Source: a virus. Taken from it: 64,000 nt of DNA. Shown one piece after another: positions 21,449-31,183 of this stretch. Numbering within the stretch: the first letter of the stretch is position 1; each line of letters begins with the position of its first letter. The notes beneath the pieces are model-generated. The model did no database searches and had not been told where the DNA came from. It worked only from the letters and a program-made list of their open reading frames with translations. Position numbers and translations under genes: made by a program. The stretch lies in the IMG/VR virus record IMGVR_UViG_3300045806_000017, positions 7,975 through 71,974 of that record; one strand, written 5' to 3'.

Positions 21449-21881
21449 CAGGAATAGACATAATAACTGAGCCTAACGGATAAGAAGTACCTTGTGTCAT
21501 AGGAAAGAATGAAGGATTAAGTAAACAATCTGTGTTTGCTAAACCTACAGTACCTTGTTCTCTATTAAATGAGTTGCTTTGACTTAAAGGTGATTCAGCA
21601 ATGTTATGAACTCTATAGAATGTAGGTGAACCACCTACAAGACAAGTAGCACTCATAGATTCTAATAAGTTATTTGTTACTACACCTGTTACAGCAGTAC
21701 CCCAAGTACCTCCTGTTACACCATCACCATTAACTGTAAAGGTGGCTAATAGAGTACCTGATACAGCATCTGAAGGTAATGTAGGTACAGTACCATTAAA
21801 GAAGGAAACAGCAAAACCATTTAACAATGTTGCTAAAGAGTTTGCTATAGAAGTTCGTACTGATTCTGAATATTGTGCCAT
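21438..21881 (-). CDS. Putative tail/virion protein
   Basis: FFNGTVPTLPSDAVSGTLLATF...TFYR...QGTVG pattern common in phage virion proteins. Confidence 0.55.
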   Translation of the reverse strand: MAQYSESVRTSIANSLATLLNGFAVSFFNGTVPTLPSDAVSGTLLATFTVNGDGVTGGTWGTAVTGVVTNNLLESMSATCLVGGSPTFYRVHNIAESPLSQSNSFNREQGTVGLANTDCLLNPSFFPMTQGTSYPLGSVIMSIPVGI

Positions 21882-21893
21882 GAGTTTGTCCTA

Positions 21894-23294
21894 TTATAAA
21901 TTGTATGTACCATAAAGAGATATTGATATATCCCCTAATAAAGCATCTGGTGTTATTTGTGATTTAAGTTCTAATGTATTACCAGCAACAAAGGTAGTAT
22001 CTGCTGTAAATGAAACTGTACCTATATTACTACCAGCAGCAAATATAAGAGTACCTACATCAATACCTCCCCGAGAAATAGTAAAAGTAAAATCGTTAAT
22101 AGCTCTCTGTTGACTTATAGCTTTACTTAAATTATCTGCCTTAAATGTAACTGATGTAGTAAATATGTGTGCTGGGTATCTGTAATCATTCAAAACCAAT
22201 CCAGGTATGTAATATACTAGAATGTATGGTTTACTCTGTACTTCAGGTGTTGCTGTTATACACCAATCAGTATCTGATTGAGAGGGATTATCTACTAAAG
22301 CTCTTAAAGAATATCCTGCTTCAATAGGTAAACCATTTATAGTACCTGAATCAATACAAGTATATGTATTACCTTGAATTATAGTACCTACAGGGTAAGC
22401 ATTTGTAATTCCAGGAGAGTAGTTACCAACATCTCTAATAACACCTATTAGTGAGCTATCTATGTAAGCTTTTGCAGTATTTAAAGTAAGAGTAATAGCG
22501 TCTGCTTGCAAAGTAGATACTGGTTTATCAGCATCAGAAGTATTAGTTACATTATTAAAACCAACAACACTCTCTTTAGGTATCTGTATATAAGGTAAGT
22601 CTACCCAAGCAGTAATTCCGTTACCTACCTTAATATATCCTGTATCTGTTTCAATACACAACTCACCTAAAGCAGGTGTAATGTTAGCTAATGTCCATGA
22701 GGTAGAAGCACCTCTTCTTAATTGAATTTTACCTACAGGAGATGTTGCAGTACCAGCATCAATATTCTTATCTAAGGATACTGTAGGAATAACCCAAGAT
22801 GTACCATTCCATGTGTATAGAAGATTATCTATACTATTCCAATACTGTGAACCAACAACAGTTGTTACAGGAGGTGTTGTTTGTGAACCAAGATATATAG
22901 ATGATTGTTGATTTACTAAGTTAGTTATTGTAGCTAAGGCATTGTTTACAGCGTTTTGTGCGATAGATACTGCATTAGCATTGTTAGTAACATTTGTGCT
23001 TAATGAAGATATTTGATTCGTTAATGTAGTTATAGATTGTTCTAAACTATTTAAAGAATTTACTTTTGAAGTAATATCGTTAAGTATTTGATTTGTTAGT
23101 ATTTGTATTTGTGAAGCATCAGTTGAAGAACCTAAGCTATTCAACATATAGGTATATGAATCTAGTGAATACTGTAAAGATGCTACTTCATTTTGATCGG
23201 ATAATACTGCTTTATCATTAGCAAGGTTAGCACTAACCAAAGCATTACTAGCTGATGTCTCTGCCTGTAAAGCATAATCTTCTGGAGTTGGCAT
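21894..23294 (-). CDS. Tail fibre/appendage protein with an Mtd-N-like domain
   Basis: IQLRRG..WT..N..PALGELCIETDTG.IKVGNG.TAW.DLPY; NVTNTSDADKPVST fibre motif; coiled-coil N-terminus. Confidence 0.75.
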   Translation of the reverse strand: MPTPEDYALQAETSASNALVSANLANDKAVLSDQNEVASLQYSLDSYTYMLNSLGSSTDASQIQILTNQILNDITSKVNSLNSLEQSITTLTNQISSLSTNVTNNANAVSIAQNAVNNALATITNLVNQQSSIYLGSQTTPPVTTVVGSQYWNSIDNLLYTWNGTSWVIPTVSLDKNIDAGTATSPVGKIQLRRGASTSWTLANITPALGELCIETDTGYIKVGNGITAWVDLPYIQIPKESVVGFNNVTNTSDADKPVSTLQADAITLTLNTAKAYIDSSLIGVIRDVGNYSPGITNAYPVGTIIQGNTYTCIDSGTINGLPIEAGYSLRALVDNPSQSDTDWCITATPEVQSKPYILVYYIPGLVLNDYRYPAHIFTTSVTFKADNLSKAISQQRAINDFTFTISRGGIDVGTLIFAAGSNIGTVSFTADTTFVAGNTLELKSQITPDALLGDISISLYGTYNL

Positions 23295-23917
23295 TATACA
23301 AAACCTCTTTCATTAAATTTATTGTTAAAGCCGAACGCATTAACAAATGTTCCTGATTCCCTAAGTGAATCAACTCCAACACTATATGCTTTAAATGCAG
23401 TCATAGTATCTGCATGACTTGCACCTAATGCTTGTTGAAAACCTAAATAGGTTACATACAACATAAGCACAGAATTATACTGACTTGCTAAAGGTAACTT
23501 ACTTGATAAGTTACTTATCTTAGATGGAGTTGCTTTGTAATCAAGTGTTAGTGGTTGACCTGTAATAGGGTAAGGAGCAGTAAATACTAAATTATCTGAT
23601 ATAAAGATACTGTTGTAACTTCCTTGTACATTCACACCAACTTCAAAGGAATCAATTCTAGGAAAAATGTTTCCTTGTAAATCTCTCCAATACACACCAG
23701 GAGTATTAATAAAATACATAGATTCAAAATCATTAGGTAAATCATATTCAGTAACATAAGCTGAAAGAGTAACTACTTCTATTTTACTTAGTAAATCAAA
23801 TTCATCTGAGATAACTTGAATAGCTAAGTTAGTAAAAGAAATAATAGAATCTTGTGTAACTTTTGTTTGTGCTAAAGATCCTTCTTTAGTTAATGTAATA
23901 AATTCTGCAAGTGTCAT
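23294..23917 (-). CDS. Head-tail adaptor (N4 gp67-like)
   Basis: Directly downstream of TerL; C-terminal NNKFNERGFV. Confidence 0.7.
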   Translation of the reverse strand: MTLAEFITLTKEGSLAQTKVTQDSIISFTNLAIQVISDEFDLLSKIEVVTLSAYVTEYDLPNDFESMYFINTPGVYWRDLQGNIFPRIDSFEVGVNVQGSYNSIFISDNLVFTAPYPITGQPLTLDYKATPSKISNLSSKLPLASQYNSVLMLYVTYLGFQQALGASHADTMTAFKAYSVGVDSLRESGTFVNAFGFNNKFNERGFV

Positions 23918-23926
23918 ATTTATTCC

Positions 23927-25927
23927 TTAAACAATATATGAGCTAATGTAGTTGGTTTCATCAGGTATGTCAAGTTCCCATATATGATTATCTTGGTTTT
24001 GTTTTATAGGTACTTCACTAGAAGGTTTCCAAGGAGACATTAATGCTAATTGACTTATAGAATCACAGTTATGTACAACAATATCTCCGTTTACACAGTA
24101 AGTATGTAGTGGTGTAGAAAAATTGTACACTCGTTCACTATCACTTTTATGTGTGATACTTTTAATTGGTCTGTATTCAATTTTCTGTTCTGCACTATGT
24201 TTGCATACTAACAAATCCTCTAAAGTTAAATCACCTGCATTTACCCAACCACGTTTAGTTAGGACAGGATGATTGTATGTTAGATGAATTGAATTATTAA
24301 CACTATCAGTTATAGTTAATGTAGCATTACTTCCTGTACACATATAATCTTTTATTTCTACCCAAGAGAATACACCTGTTTGTTCATCAAAAGCTTCAAC
24401 AACAGACTCTTCAATTAATTGATCTATTCTTCGTGTACGAATATATCCATTAAAAAGTTTCTCTTTAATCAATGTATCACCAGAAAAACAGAAATCATCG
24501 TGTTTACTTTTAAAACCACCTTTTGACACTAAACGTAATTCATCCATACATTCGACCATACATGGATCTAGTTTTAGTTCTTCTGGAAAGAACATTTTAT
24601 GTGTCTCAAACCAAGGTGATACTAATCTAAACCTATCAAACTTAGCTCCAGATGATTTAATACCTGGCTCAGCGGAATTAGATGCAAAATTAAACCAAAT
24701 GTTTCTGTTCATCATCTCTGTTTGAAGCCATGATATGAAAGCATATTGTTGTCCGTTAGTTTCTATACCAACTTCTTGAGGTTTATATATTTGTGCTAAT
24801 CTGAAAATATCATTAATTGTTATATTCATGGTTTGCTTCTTACATACACCATCTACCCAGAACCAATCCCCATTAGCATTGTATGCCCATACAGATATTA
24901 CACTAAAGTCATTAGCTTCTTTTTCTTTAGTAGCTAAGTCTGTTGAGATATAAAAATTAAAGATACCTTTATTAGATAATACAGATTCTCTTTTATACCA
25001 TCTAATATTAGTATCTGGAACTAATCTATCTTCATCACTCATAATTCTTAACATTAACTCTTGATTAAAGGCATCAATCTTACCTGCTAATAAAGCTTTA
25101 GTATATTTTTCCTTAACATACTTATAGGTAAATCTATCTTCCCATGCACCTTTAAATTCTTCTTCTGTGCAGGGAAATTGTTCACATACAGGAAATACAT
25201 TTACCTTCCATGCACCTGATTCTATAGCTTTGTATAAAGGATCTCTTGAATTAAAAGGTGTACCATTCCATATAACTTTTCTTCGTGTTGGATGTAGTGC
25301 ATAGTCAATAGCTTTATATACTGTATCCTCAATGCTTGTAATGACCGTAACTGAACGAGCATCTTCATCGGATACTAAGTCATCAAGAATAGCTAAGTAA
25401 GGTCTTTGAGCTAATTCCTTTGATCCCCTTACTCCAGTTTTTGCCCCATATCCTTTGAATATAGTTACTGAACCCTCTATATTTTTAAACTCCCACCTAA
25501 CCTCTGTAAATCTTGAGTAAGGTACATATGTCTGTAAGAATTCGCTATTACCCCAACGATATTCAAGATTCTTTCTCATGTTCTTAACACCATTTTCAAT
25601 AGAGTCAGAAACATATAAGCCTAAAGGAATCTTACCAAAGTTTTCTATTTCACCATAAGTAGCAATATAGAGTATTAGATACTCAGCCATAACAGTTGTT
25701 TTAGCTGAACCTCTAAACAACATATTAAGTACATCCTGATCTGTACCTTGTATAGTATCAAGCATCTTAAGATGAATTACAGGAGTTTTATGTTCTTCAC
25801 CTTGAGAACCATTAACCAACTTAATAAAGTTAATAAAGTTTAATGCAAAAATAGACGGTAAATAAGAAGAATCTTCTTTATAAGATACATTATTTAAGTA
25901 ATCTTCTACTTTCTTAGTTGTAGTCAT
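23927..25927 (-). CDS. terL: Terminase large subunit (N4 gp68-like) containing an intein
   Basis: FRGSAKTT Walker A; RPYLAILDDL; GTPFN; KHDDF nuclease motif. Confidence 0.95.
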   Translation of the reverse strand: MTTTKKVEDYLNNVSYKEDSSYLPSIFALNFINFIKLVNGSQGEEHKTPVIHLKMLDTIQGTDQDVLNMLFRGSAKTTVMAEYLILYIATYGEIENFGKIPLGLYVSDSIENGVKNMRKNLEYRWGNSEFLQTYVPYSRFTEVRWEFKNIEGSVTIFKGYGAKTGVRGSKELAQRPYLAILDDLVSDEDARSVTVITSIEDTVYKAIDYALHPTRRKVIWNGTPFNSRDPLYKAIESGAWKVNVFPVCEQFPCTEEEFKGAWEDRFTYKYVKEKYTKALLAGKIDAFNQELMLRIMSDEDRLVPDTNIRWYKRESVLSNKGIFNFYISTDLATKEKEANDFSVISVWAYNANGDWFWVDGVCKKQTMNITINDIFRLAQIYKPQEVGIETNGQQYAFISWLQTEMMNRNIWFNFASNSAEPGIKSSGAKFDRFRLVSPWFETHKMFFPEELKLDPCMVECMDELRLVSKGGFKSKHDDFCFSGDTLIKEKLFNGYIRTRRIDQLIEESVVEAFDEQTGVFSWVEIKDYMCTGSNATLTITDSVNNSIHLTYNHPVLTKRGWVNAGDLTLEDLLVCKHSAEQKIEYRPIKSITHKSDSERVYNFSTPLHTYCVNGDIVVHNCDSISQLALMSPWKPSSEVPIKQNQDNHIWELDIPDETNYISSYIV
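24068..24490 (-). mobile_element. Mini-intein (141 aa, no endonuclease) in TerL
   Basis: Begins CFSGDT, has block-B TYNHP, ends VYNFS...IVVHN followed by Cys+1. Removing it restores KHDDF-CDSISQL. Confidence 0.93.
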
Positions 25928-26220
25928 TATGATCTAGTTTGTTTGTTCTGTAATTCAATATGAACTTCTTGAAGTTTCTCTGTTAGCTTTTCCATTTGAG
26001 AACGTAATTGAGACAGTATCTCGTAATCAGACTGCCTTCTTGTATGGTGTTCATGTATTGTTAAATTTTGTGATTCAAGTTTAACTTGAACTTCTTCCAG
26101 TTTAATATCTAAAAGATCTATACGTTTTTTGTTGTGTGTTATAAACCAAGCAGAAATACCACTAATAAGTGTTAATACTCCTTCTATAGAAGGTATAGCA
26201 TATTCATCTGGAATATTCAT
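25927..26220 (-). CDS. Small membrane/coiled-coil protein
   Basis: N-terminal hydrophobic helix followed by a coiled coil. Confidence 0.5.
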   Translation of the reverse strand: MNIPDEYAIPSIEGVLTLISGISAWFITHNKKRIDLLDIKLEEVQVKLESQNLTIHEHHTRRQSDYEILSQLRSQMEKLTEKLQEVHIELQNKQTRS

Positions 26221-26250
26221 AAATGCCTTCGAAATCGGATAAAGTAACTG

Positions 26251-26700
26251 TCATAGTGATGTCCTTGTAAAAAACTCATCAAGTTGAATATCACTTAAAC
26301 CTAGTTGTCTTGCTACGTTGACTACCATAGGATGTAATCGCTCGAATGAAATAGCTCTGCGCCAATAAACCAGCTCAAGACTATCGACAGGCATAGCAGT
26401 TAAAATAGCTAAAACTTGCTCCTGATAACCCATAGCAATCAGATTTAGTTCGCATTGTAATGCAGATAGGCTCATCTTTGAACGTAGATCTTCGTTTGAT
26501 TTGGGTATTGGCTCAATATGTTTATTAATCGTCCAGCAATTATTGGTTATATCAAAAACGTCAGTATCGGGATAAATTGCTCCTAATGGCTCTTTAGTTG
26601 TAGCATGTGCAGGGATATTAATAGAACTATCTAACTCATCATATGTTGCTTCTGATTGCTTTGTTAATTTGCACTCATTATCATAGTGGTAGATACTCAT
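26251..26700 (-). CDS. Tail fibre assembly-like protein
   Basis: IPAHATTKEP...FD...W (Tfa-like) and LGLSDIQLDEFF; follows a fibre gene. Confidence 0.65.
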   Translation of the reverse strand: MSIYHYDNECKLTKQSEATYDELDSSINIPAHATTKEPLGAIYPDTDVFDITNNCWTINKHIEPIPKSNEDLRSKMSLSALQCELNLIAMGYQEQVLAILTAMPVDSLELVYWRRAISFERLHPMVVNVARQLGLSDIQLDEFFTRTSL

Positions 26701-27479
26701 TAGTATTTAATCCCATAATTTATTGCTGCGTTTATGGGTCTTGATGTACCTACGTTTGAGCCTGATGCAATAGTTGCCGAGGAATATGGTGTCGCATTTA
26801 GAATTAGTGAACCGCTATATGCGTTAGTATTCACAGCATCTAAACCAATTGTTTGCAGCGGATTAGCTGTGGATGTTACGGCTGTACTTTGAGACCAGTA
26901 CGTTCCGTCACTAAAATTCAGATCACTTGCTATGAGAGTTCCTTTTTGAGTTGACCCAAGCGTTCTTCCTGCGTCAAATCCCGCTCCAGCATCCAATCCA
27001 CGCAAAAACTGTCCTCTATAATCAGGAACATTAAACGTAGTTGAGCCATCGCCTAGTCCATACAACGACTGCATGTATGAGTGAGTACCAGATTGTGTGC
27101 CGCTCGTTGCTACTGCTGCGCCGCCAAAAGTGGTACTTACTTGAAACGTGTTAACAGAGACATAGATAACGTAGTAATCAATTAAATTAATTAGTCCAGT
27201 TGGTAATGCACCTGTAGTTGATAGTCTTATACGTTCTCCTCCTGTAAAGCCATGCGCTGTCATTGTGAAGACTGCGGGTGTAGCAATTGTTACTGTAAAA
27301 GTTTGACCAGTGAAACCTAAAGCTGTGACAAGATAATTAAACAGGTTGGCGTATGTAGTACGGCTCTTTGCTGAACCGTCACAAAGTAGACAGTCACTAG
27401 CAACTGCCCCTGCAAATGCCTTTATTTGCCCCACGTCAAAACCATTTGTTATCTGTCCTTTTATGTGGTCTATATTCAT
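26700..27479 (-). CDS. Tail fibre protein with tail-collar domain
   Basis: GQIKAFAG...LLCDGSA.SRTTYANLF...GDGSTTFNVPDYRGQFLRG. Confidence 0.85.
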   Translation of the reverse strand: MNIDHIKGQITNGFDVGQIKAFAGAVASDCLLCDGSAKSRTTYANLFNYLVTALGFTGQTFTVTIATPAVFTMTAHGFTGGERIRLSTTGALPTGLINLIDYYVIYVSVNTFQVSTTFGGAAVATSGTQSGTHSYMQSLYGLGDGSTTFNVPDYRGQFLRGLDAGAGFDAGRTLGSTQKGTLIASDLNFSDGTYWSQSTAVTSTANPLQTIGLDAVNTNAYSGSLILNATPYSSATIASGSNVGTSRPINAAINYGIKY

Positions 27480-27488
27480 ATTTTATTC

Positions 27489-29048
27489 CTAGTAAATAAT
27501 AGCAACCGCTACAACATCAGCTACACAAGCAATTGCTGCCGAGGATGCACTGGTTACTGTAAAAGATACTGCTCCATTTGTTGTGTCTGCTGTTGCAGAA
27601 ATTGTCCATCCATTAGGATTAATTAACGTCTCTATACTAGTCATGCTAACAACGGTGGATGCTGCTGTGCTACCTCTACTAGCCACGCCTTTAACTATCC
27701 ATGCAGCCACGTTAGTGGTGCTTGTTGTTTGCTTAGCAATCACCTGAGCCGTAAAGATGACAGATTGATAAGTAGCTAAAACAAGTTGATTTGTAGCATT
27801 GGCTTGGTCTGCTGTAAGAACTGTACTAGTTGTTGTAGTGCCTCTTAATACCATTTCCTCTCGTTGTGCATCACCTGCTGTAGTGAATTGACCGCTAGCA
27901 TGAGAGTTCATCCCGTATATAGTCGCTTTGCTATAGAGTCCCGTTGCTTTAGAGTAGTTACCAGAAGCTGTGCCTCCATAAGCCAAATTTACAGAGCCTG
28001 TTCCACTAGCTATACCCTGATAATTCGTACAAAAGGAATTAGTGCCTGAGGCTATTCCGTACTGAGATATACAAACTGAGTAAGCTCCAGAAGCTGTACT
28101 GTAAGAACCTATATTTACTGAGAAACTTCCACTCGCTACTTGTGTAGCTGCTGAGCGGAGAATACAAAGGTCTACTGCATAGCCCCCAAGGTTATTCCCA
28201 CCTGTGTTTGGCGCACTACCTCCATCCGCTTGAGTTAGCCTAAATCCACCCGTACCTTTAGACTGAATAACCACATCAACATTTGTTTGTGCCGATATAG
28301 GTGTTAGTTTAACCCCGTACTGTGAACTATATAAGTAATTAGATTCTGTCCAGTTTTGCAAAGAGGCAGTAACGTCACTGCCAACCTGCGCCCAAATCGC
28401 CGCCGTGGGCGTGCCGTCATTGTAATAAAAGCCAACACCACCTACTAAACTTGCATTTGTGTTCCAAATTAGCAGCCCCGTTGCGGGAGTTGCTATTGTT
28501 GTTACGTCAGTTAGTGACACAAGGCTAACTTTAGGCAGTAACATCCCTTTAGTTGTCACCCCACTCATATCTAAAATAGCGGAAGTATTTGGTGCTATCG
28601 TGCCTATACCAACATTGCCAGCATTAGTGATACGCATTCGCTCATTAAAAAATGGCGTTGTTGAATTACCCGTGCTAAAAATAATCGACTTAGTTTGGTT
28701 AACATTGGCAATGTACATATCCTGTCCACTGCCCATGAAACTAACATCATTTACCGAGCCGATGTTATAAGTTTGCGGGTTACTGAATGTAGAATTATTA
28801 ATCCCCATCCAAACAAAACCGCTTGTTGCTGTACCATTATCAGCCGTAGCTGCATAGCCTGACTGTGCTAATGTGCCAGTGCTTGTGTTTTGAATGTTGA
28901 ACTGCCCAAAGTCGTTAATGTTTAATATACCATTACATACTGTTTGAGCGGTACTGTTAAGATTAATACCCGATACTGCTAAATAATCTCCTGTAGGTAT
29001 TTCTGCTTTAGAGCCACTAACATTTACAATAGGTTTTCTATCGGTCAT
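27489..29048 (-). CDS. Tail fibre/spike protein
   Basis: ERMRITNAGNVGIGT, KGMLLPKVSL and YadA-like ASG.YS repeats. Confidence 0.75.
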   Translation of the reverse strand: MTDRKPIVNVSGSKAEIPTGDYLAVSGINLNSTAQTVCNGILNINDFGQFNIQNTSTGTLAQSGYAATADNGTATSGFVWMGINNSTFSNPQTYNIGSVNDVSFMGSGQDMYIANVNQTKSIIFSTGNSTTPFFNERMRITNAGNVGIGTIAPNTSAILDMSGVTTKGMLLPKVSLVSLTDVTTIATPATGLLIWNTNASLVGGVGFYYNDGTPTAAIWAQVGSDVTASLQNWTESNYLYSSQYGVKLTPISAQTNVDVVIQSKGTGGFRLTQADGGSAPNTGGNNLGGYAVDLCILRSAATQVASGSFSVNIGSYSTASGAYSVCISQYGIASGTNSFCTNYQGIASGTGSVNLAYGGTASGNYSKATGLYSKATIYGMNSHASGQFTTAGDAQREEMVLRGTTTTSTVLTADQANATNQLVLATYQSVIFTAQVIAKQTTSTTNVAAWIVKGVASRGSTAASTVVSMTSIETLINPNGWTISATADTTNGAVSFTVTSASSAAIACVADVVAVAIIY

Positions 29049-29052
29049 TGTC

Positions 29053-29658
29053 TTATGCTAAAATTAATATATCTTCAGATTGAAAATTCATGCTTGTAGC
29101 ACTTGTGGCAAAGCCGACTACCTGAACTACGTTACCTGATCCGCTTGGTGCTGTAGCAGAACATCCACCTGCTGTAGTGCTTAAGAATTGCTTGCCAGGT
29201 GTAAGACCCGATTTACTTGTATTATTACTCTCAAAATACACGGTTGCAGTTGTTGGATGAATAAAAGCTGCCAAAACAAAACCATGAGCTTCTTTTCCTG
29301 CTGTTGTAGCATCTGCTTTTCTAACATTGGCAGCACTTGCGTTATTCCAGATATTAACTAAATCACCTGCTGCTAATGACTCTGATGTAGGCAAAGCTAC
29401 CGTATCAGCACCAATACCCGTAGGCATAAAGGATAGATCTAATTTACCACTACCATCTAAAGCAGGAACTTTACCACTATCTCCTGCACCAGCAGAAGTT
29501 GTTTTACTATTAATGATGGTAGTGTCTAATACTCCTAAATCATTTAATGCAGGGATTCTATTGGCATCACCTGAACCTGCCGATGTAGTTAATGCAGATT
29601 CTTCTATTTTACTACCAGAAGAATTTTTAATATATTTTGTTGTTGATGCTGTACCCAT
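29053..29658 (-). CDS. Virion structural/fibre-associated protein
   Basis: Repeated SAG.GD..K.PALD..G.LD; ESLAAGDLVNIW...RKADA. Confidence 0.6.
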   Translation of the reverse strand: MGTASTTKYIKNSSGSKIEESALTTSAGSGDANRIPALNDLGVLDTTIINSKTTSAGAGDSGKVPALDGSGKLDLSFMPTGIGADTVALPTSESLAAGDLVNIWNNASAANVRKADATTAGKEAHGFVLAAFIHPTTATVYFESNNTSKSGLTPGKQFLSTTAGGCSATAPSGSGNVVQVVGFATSATSMNFQSEDILILA

Positions 29659-29668
29659 AATGTATTCC

Positions 29669-30151
29669 TTAAGCTAATAATAGAGGTTCGTCTATGTTAA
29701 TTTGTATTGTTGTTGAAGATGTTGCAATACCTAATTTTTGTAAAATTCCTTGTGTAGGAACAGTCTGAGTAATCAATCCATTTAAACCAAGGTAGATTAA
29801 TTCATTAGATATAAGTCCTGTAAATCCTGATAACTCTGAAGCAGTTACAATCTCTAGTGTTGACCCTGTACTTACAGCACCTTTAGATATTCCTAATACT
29901 TTACTAAAAGATAAAATATCTGAATTATCTGCGTAAGATTGATCCGTAAGTAAAACTCTTAATCCACCAATATCTCTTAGAGCTATTTGTTTAATAGAGT
30001 TAAGACTAACAGCACCAGTATTTATAACTAAAGTCTTTTCATATACTGGCATAATTGTAGGAACCTTATTAACAATAATAGTTTGTTTATGTTGTCCTAT
30101 AACTACAGGTTGCTTAATTACTTGAGTAATAATCATTACACAGTAACCCAA
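29669..30151 (-). CDS. Virion structural protein (DUF2190/capsid-fibre-like)
   Basis: VLGIS..A...IYLG.NG.ITQT.P....Q.LG.A pattern. Confidence 0.5.
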   Translation of the reverse strand: MGYCVMIITQVIKQPVVIGQHKQTIIVNKVPTIMPVYEKTLVINTGAVSLNSIKQIALRDIGGLRVLLTDQSYADNSDILSFSKVLGISKGAVSTGSTLEIVTASELSGFTGLISNELIYLGLNGLITQTVPTQGILQKLGIATSSTTIQINIDEPLLLA

Positions 30152-30519
30152 GTAACATCAGGATAAACAATTAAAGGTTCTTTGTAATATTCTAATGTAG
30201 GAATAATTGTATAAACATCTTTATTAATTCCAGGTATTACCCTTTGAATATCCCATTTATACTTACCTGGATCAAGAGCTATAGAAGATGCTTCATCTAC
30301 AAATAGATACATTTTACCGTTTAAAGGTTCATCGGCTACATTATTACCACAAGTAGTTTTAATCTGTAATCTCAAATCTGAAGTAAATGTATCTCTCATA
30401 CTAAACCAAATTTCATATCCAGTAATATCTACACCAGTACCGAAATCAAAACTAATAGTAAAGGTATCTCCTCTTCTAAAATTATCTAGTTCAGTTGCCA
30501 CTTGTAAACTCTCCTTCAA
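30136..30519 (-). CDS. BppU N-terminal-like virion protein
   Basis: RGDTF...DITGY...G.Y.WDIQ pattern. Confidence 0.55.
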   Translation of the reverse strand: MKESLQVATELDNFRRGDTFTISFDFGTGVDITGYEIWFSMRDTFTSDLRLQIKTTCGNNVADEPLNGKMYLFVDEASSIALDPGKYKWDIQRVIPGINKDVYTIIPTLEYYKEPLIVYPDVTWVTV

Positions 30520-31183
30520 TAACTAAATTACTTTGAGCAACATCTCTTGCAGATGAAATACCTAACTCAATATTCTTATGCTGTATTGCGACTAACTCTA
30601 ACATAGTTTGTCTTAAACCTGCAAGCACAGAACTATCATCTTTAACATCTAACTCAATCTTAGTAACCTCTGGAGGTTTAAGGTGAGTAAGAACACTATT
30701 AGCTGCATCACTTCTTACTTTAGGACTGACATCTAAATCAGTCATTAATGCTACCTGCACATTTAATGCTTTTTGATATAAGTCAGCATTCAATACATGA
30801 AAAGGTACAAGAGTTTGTGCAAAGATAAGATTAACTAACTTGGTTTTATTATATGCAGCAACATAGGCACTTATATCTTTAGCAGAAGTACCATGCTCTA
30901 TAAACCACTGATGTTTATCTGTGAATGTCTTTAAGTAAGCATCTACATTACTTGAACCAAGTAACTTAAGAGATACATACTTTACTGCATTAATATAAGA
31001 TTCAATCTTAAATTTACCATCCTTCATTACTGAAGTATAACTAAGTAAATTATCTCTAAAGTTCTCTCTTAACTCAGAATTACTAATAGCAAGATTAACA
31101 GTTTCAATCAAATCATCTGATATTGCTCCTCTTACTTGCTTAGGTAAGACATCTCTAAATTGTTCTAATGTTAAACTATTCAT
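30491..31183 (-). CDS. N4 gp69-like protein (putative terminase small subunit)
   Basis: YINAVKYVSLKLLG, SAYVAAYNK.KLVN and SPKVRSDAANSVLTHLKPPE. Confidence 0.8.
   Translation of the reverse strand: MNSLTLEQFRDVLPKQVRGAISDDLIETVNLAISNSELRENFRDNLLSYTSVMKDGKFKIESYINAVKYVSLKLLGSSNVDAYLKTFTDKHQWFIEHGTSAKDISAYVAAYNKTKLVNLIFAQTLVPFHVLNADLYQKALNVQVALMTDLDVSPKVRSDAANSVLTHLKPPEVTKIELDVKDDSSVLAGLRQTMLELVAIQHKNIELGISSARDVAQSNLVIEGEFTSGN

Noticed and set aside
21894-23294. Possible diversity-generating retroelement suggested by the Mtd-N-like domain
   Set aside because: No reverse transcriptase and no template/variable repeat pair seen in the window.
5484-29677. Plus-strand ORFs in the late arm (e.g. 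5484, 6033, 8215, 12227, 13786, 15372, 28459, 29327)
   Set aside because: Antisense shadows of long, motif-bearing minus-strand genes; no RBS or recognisable motifs.
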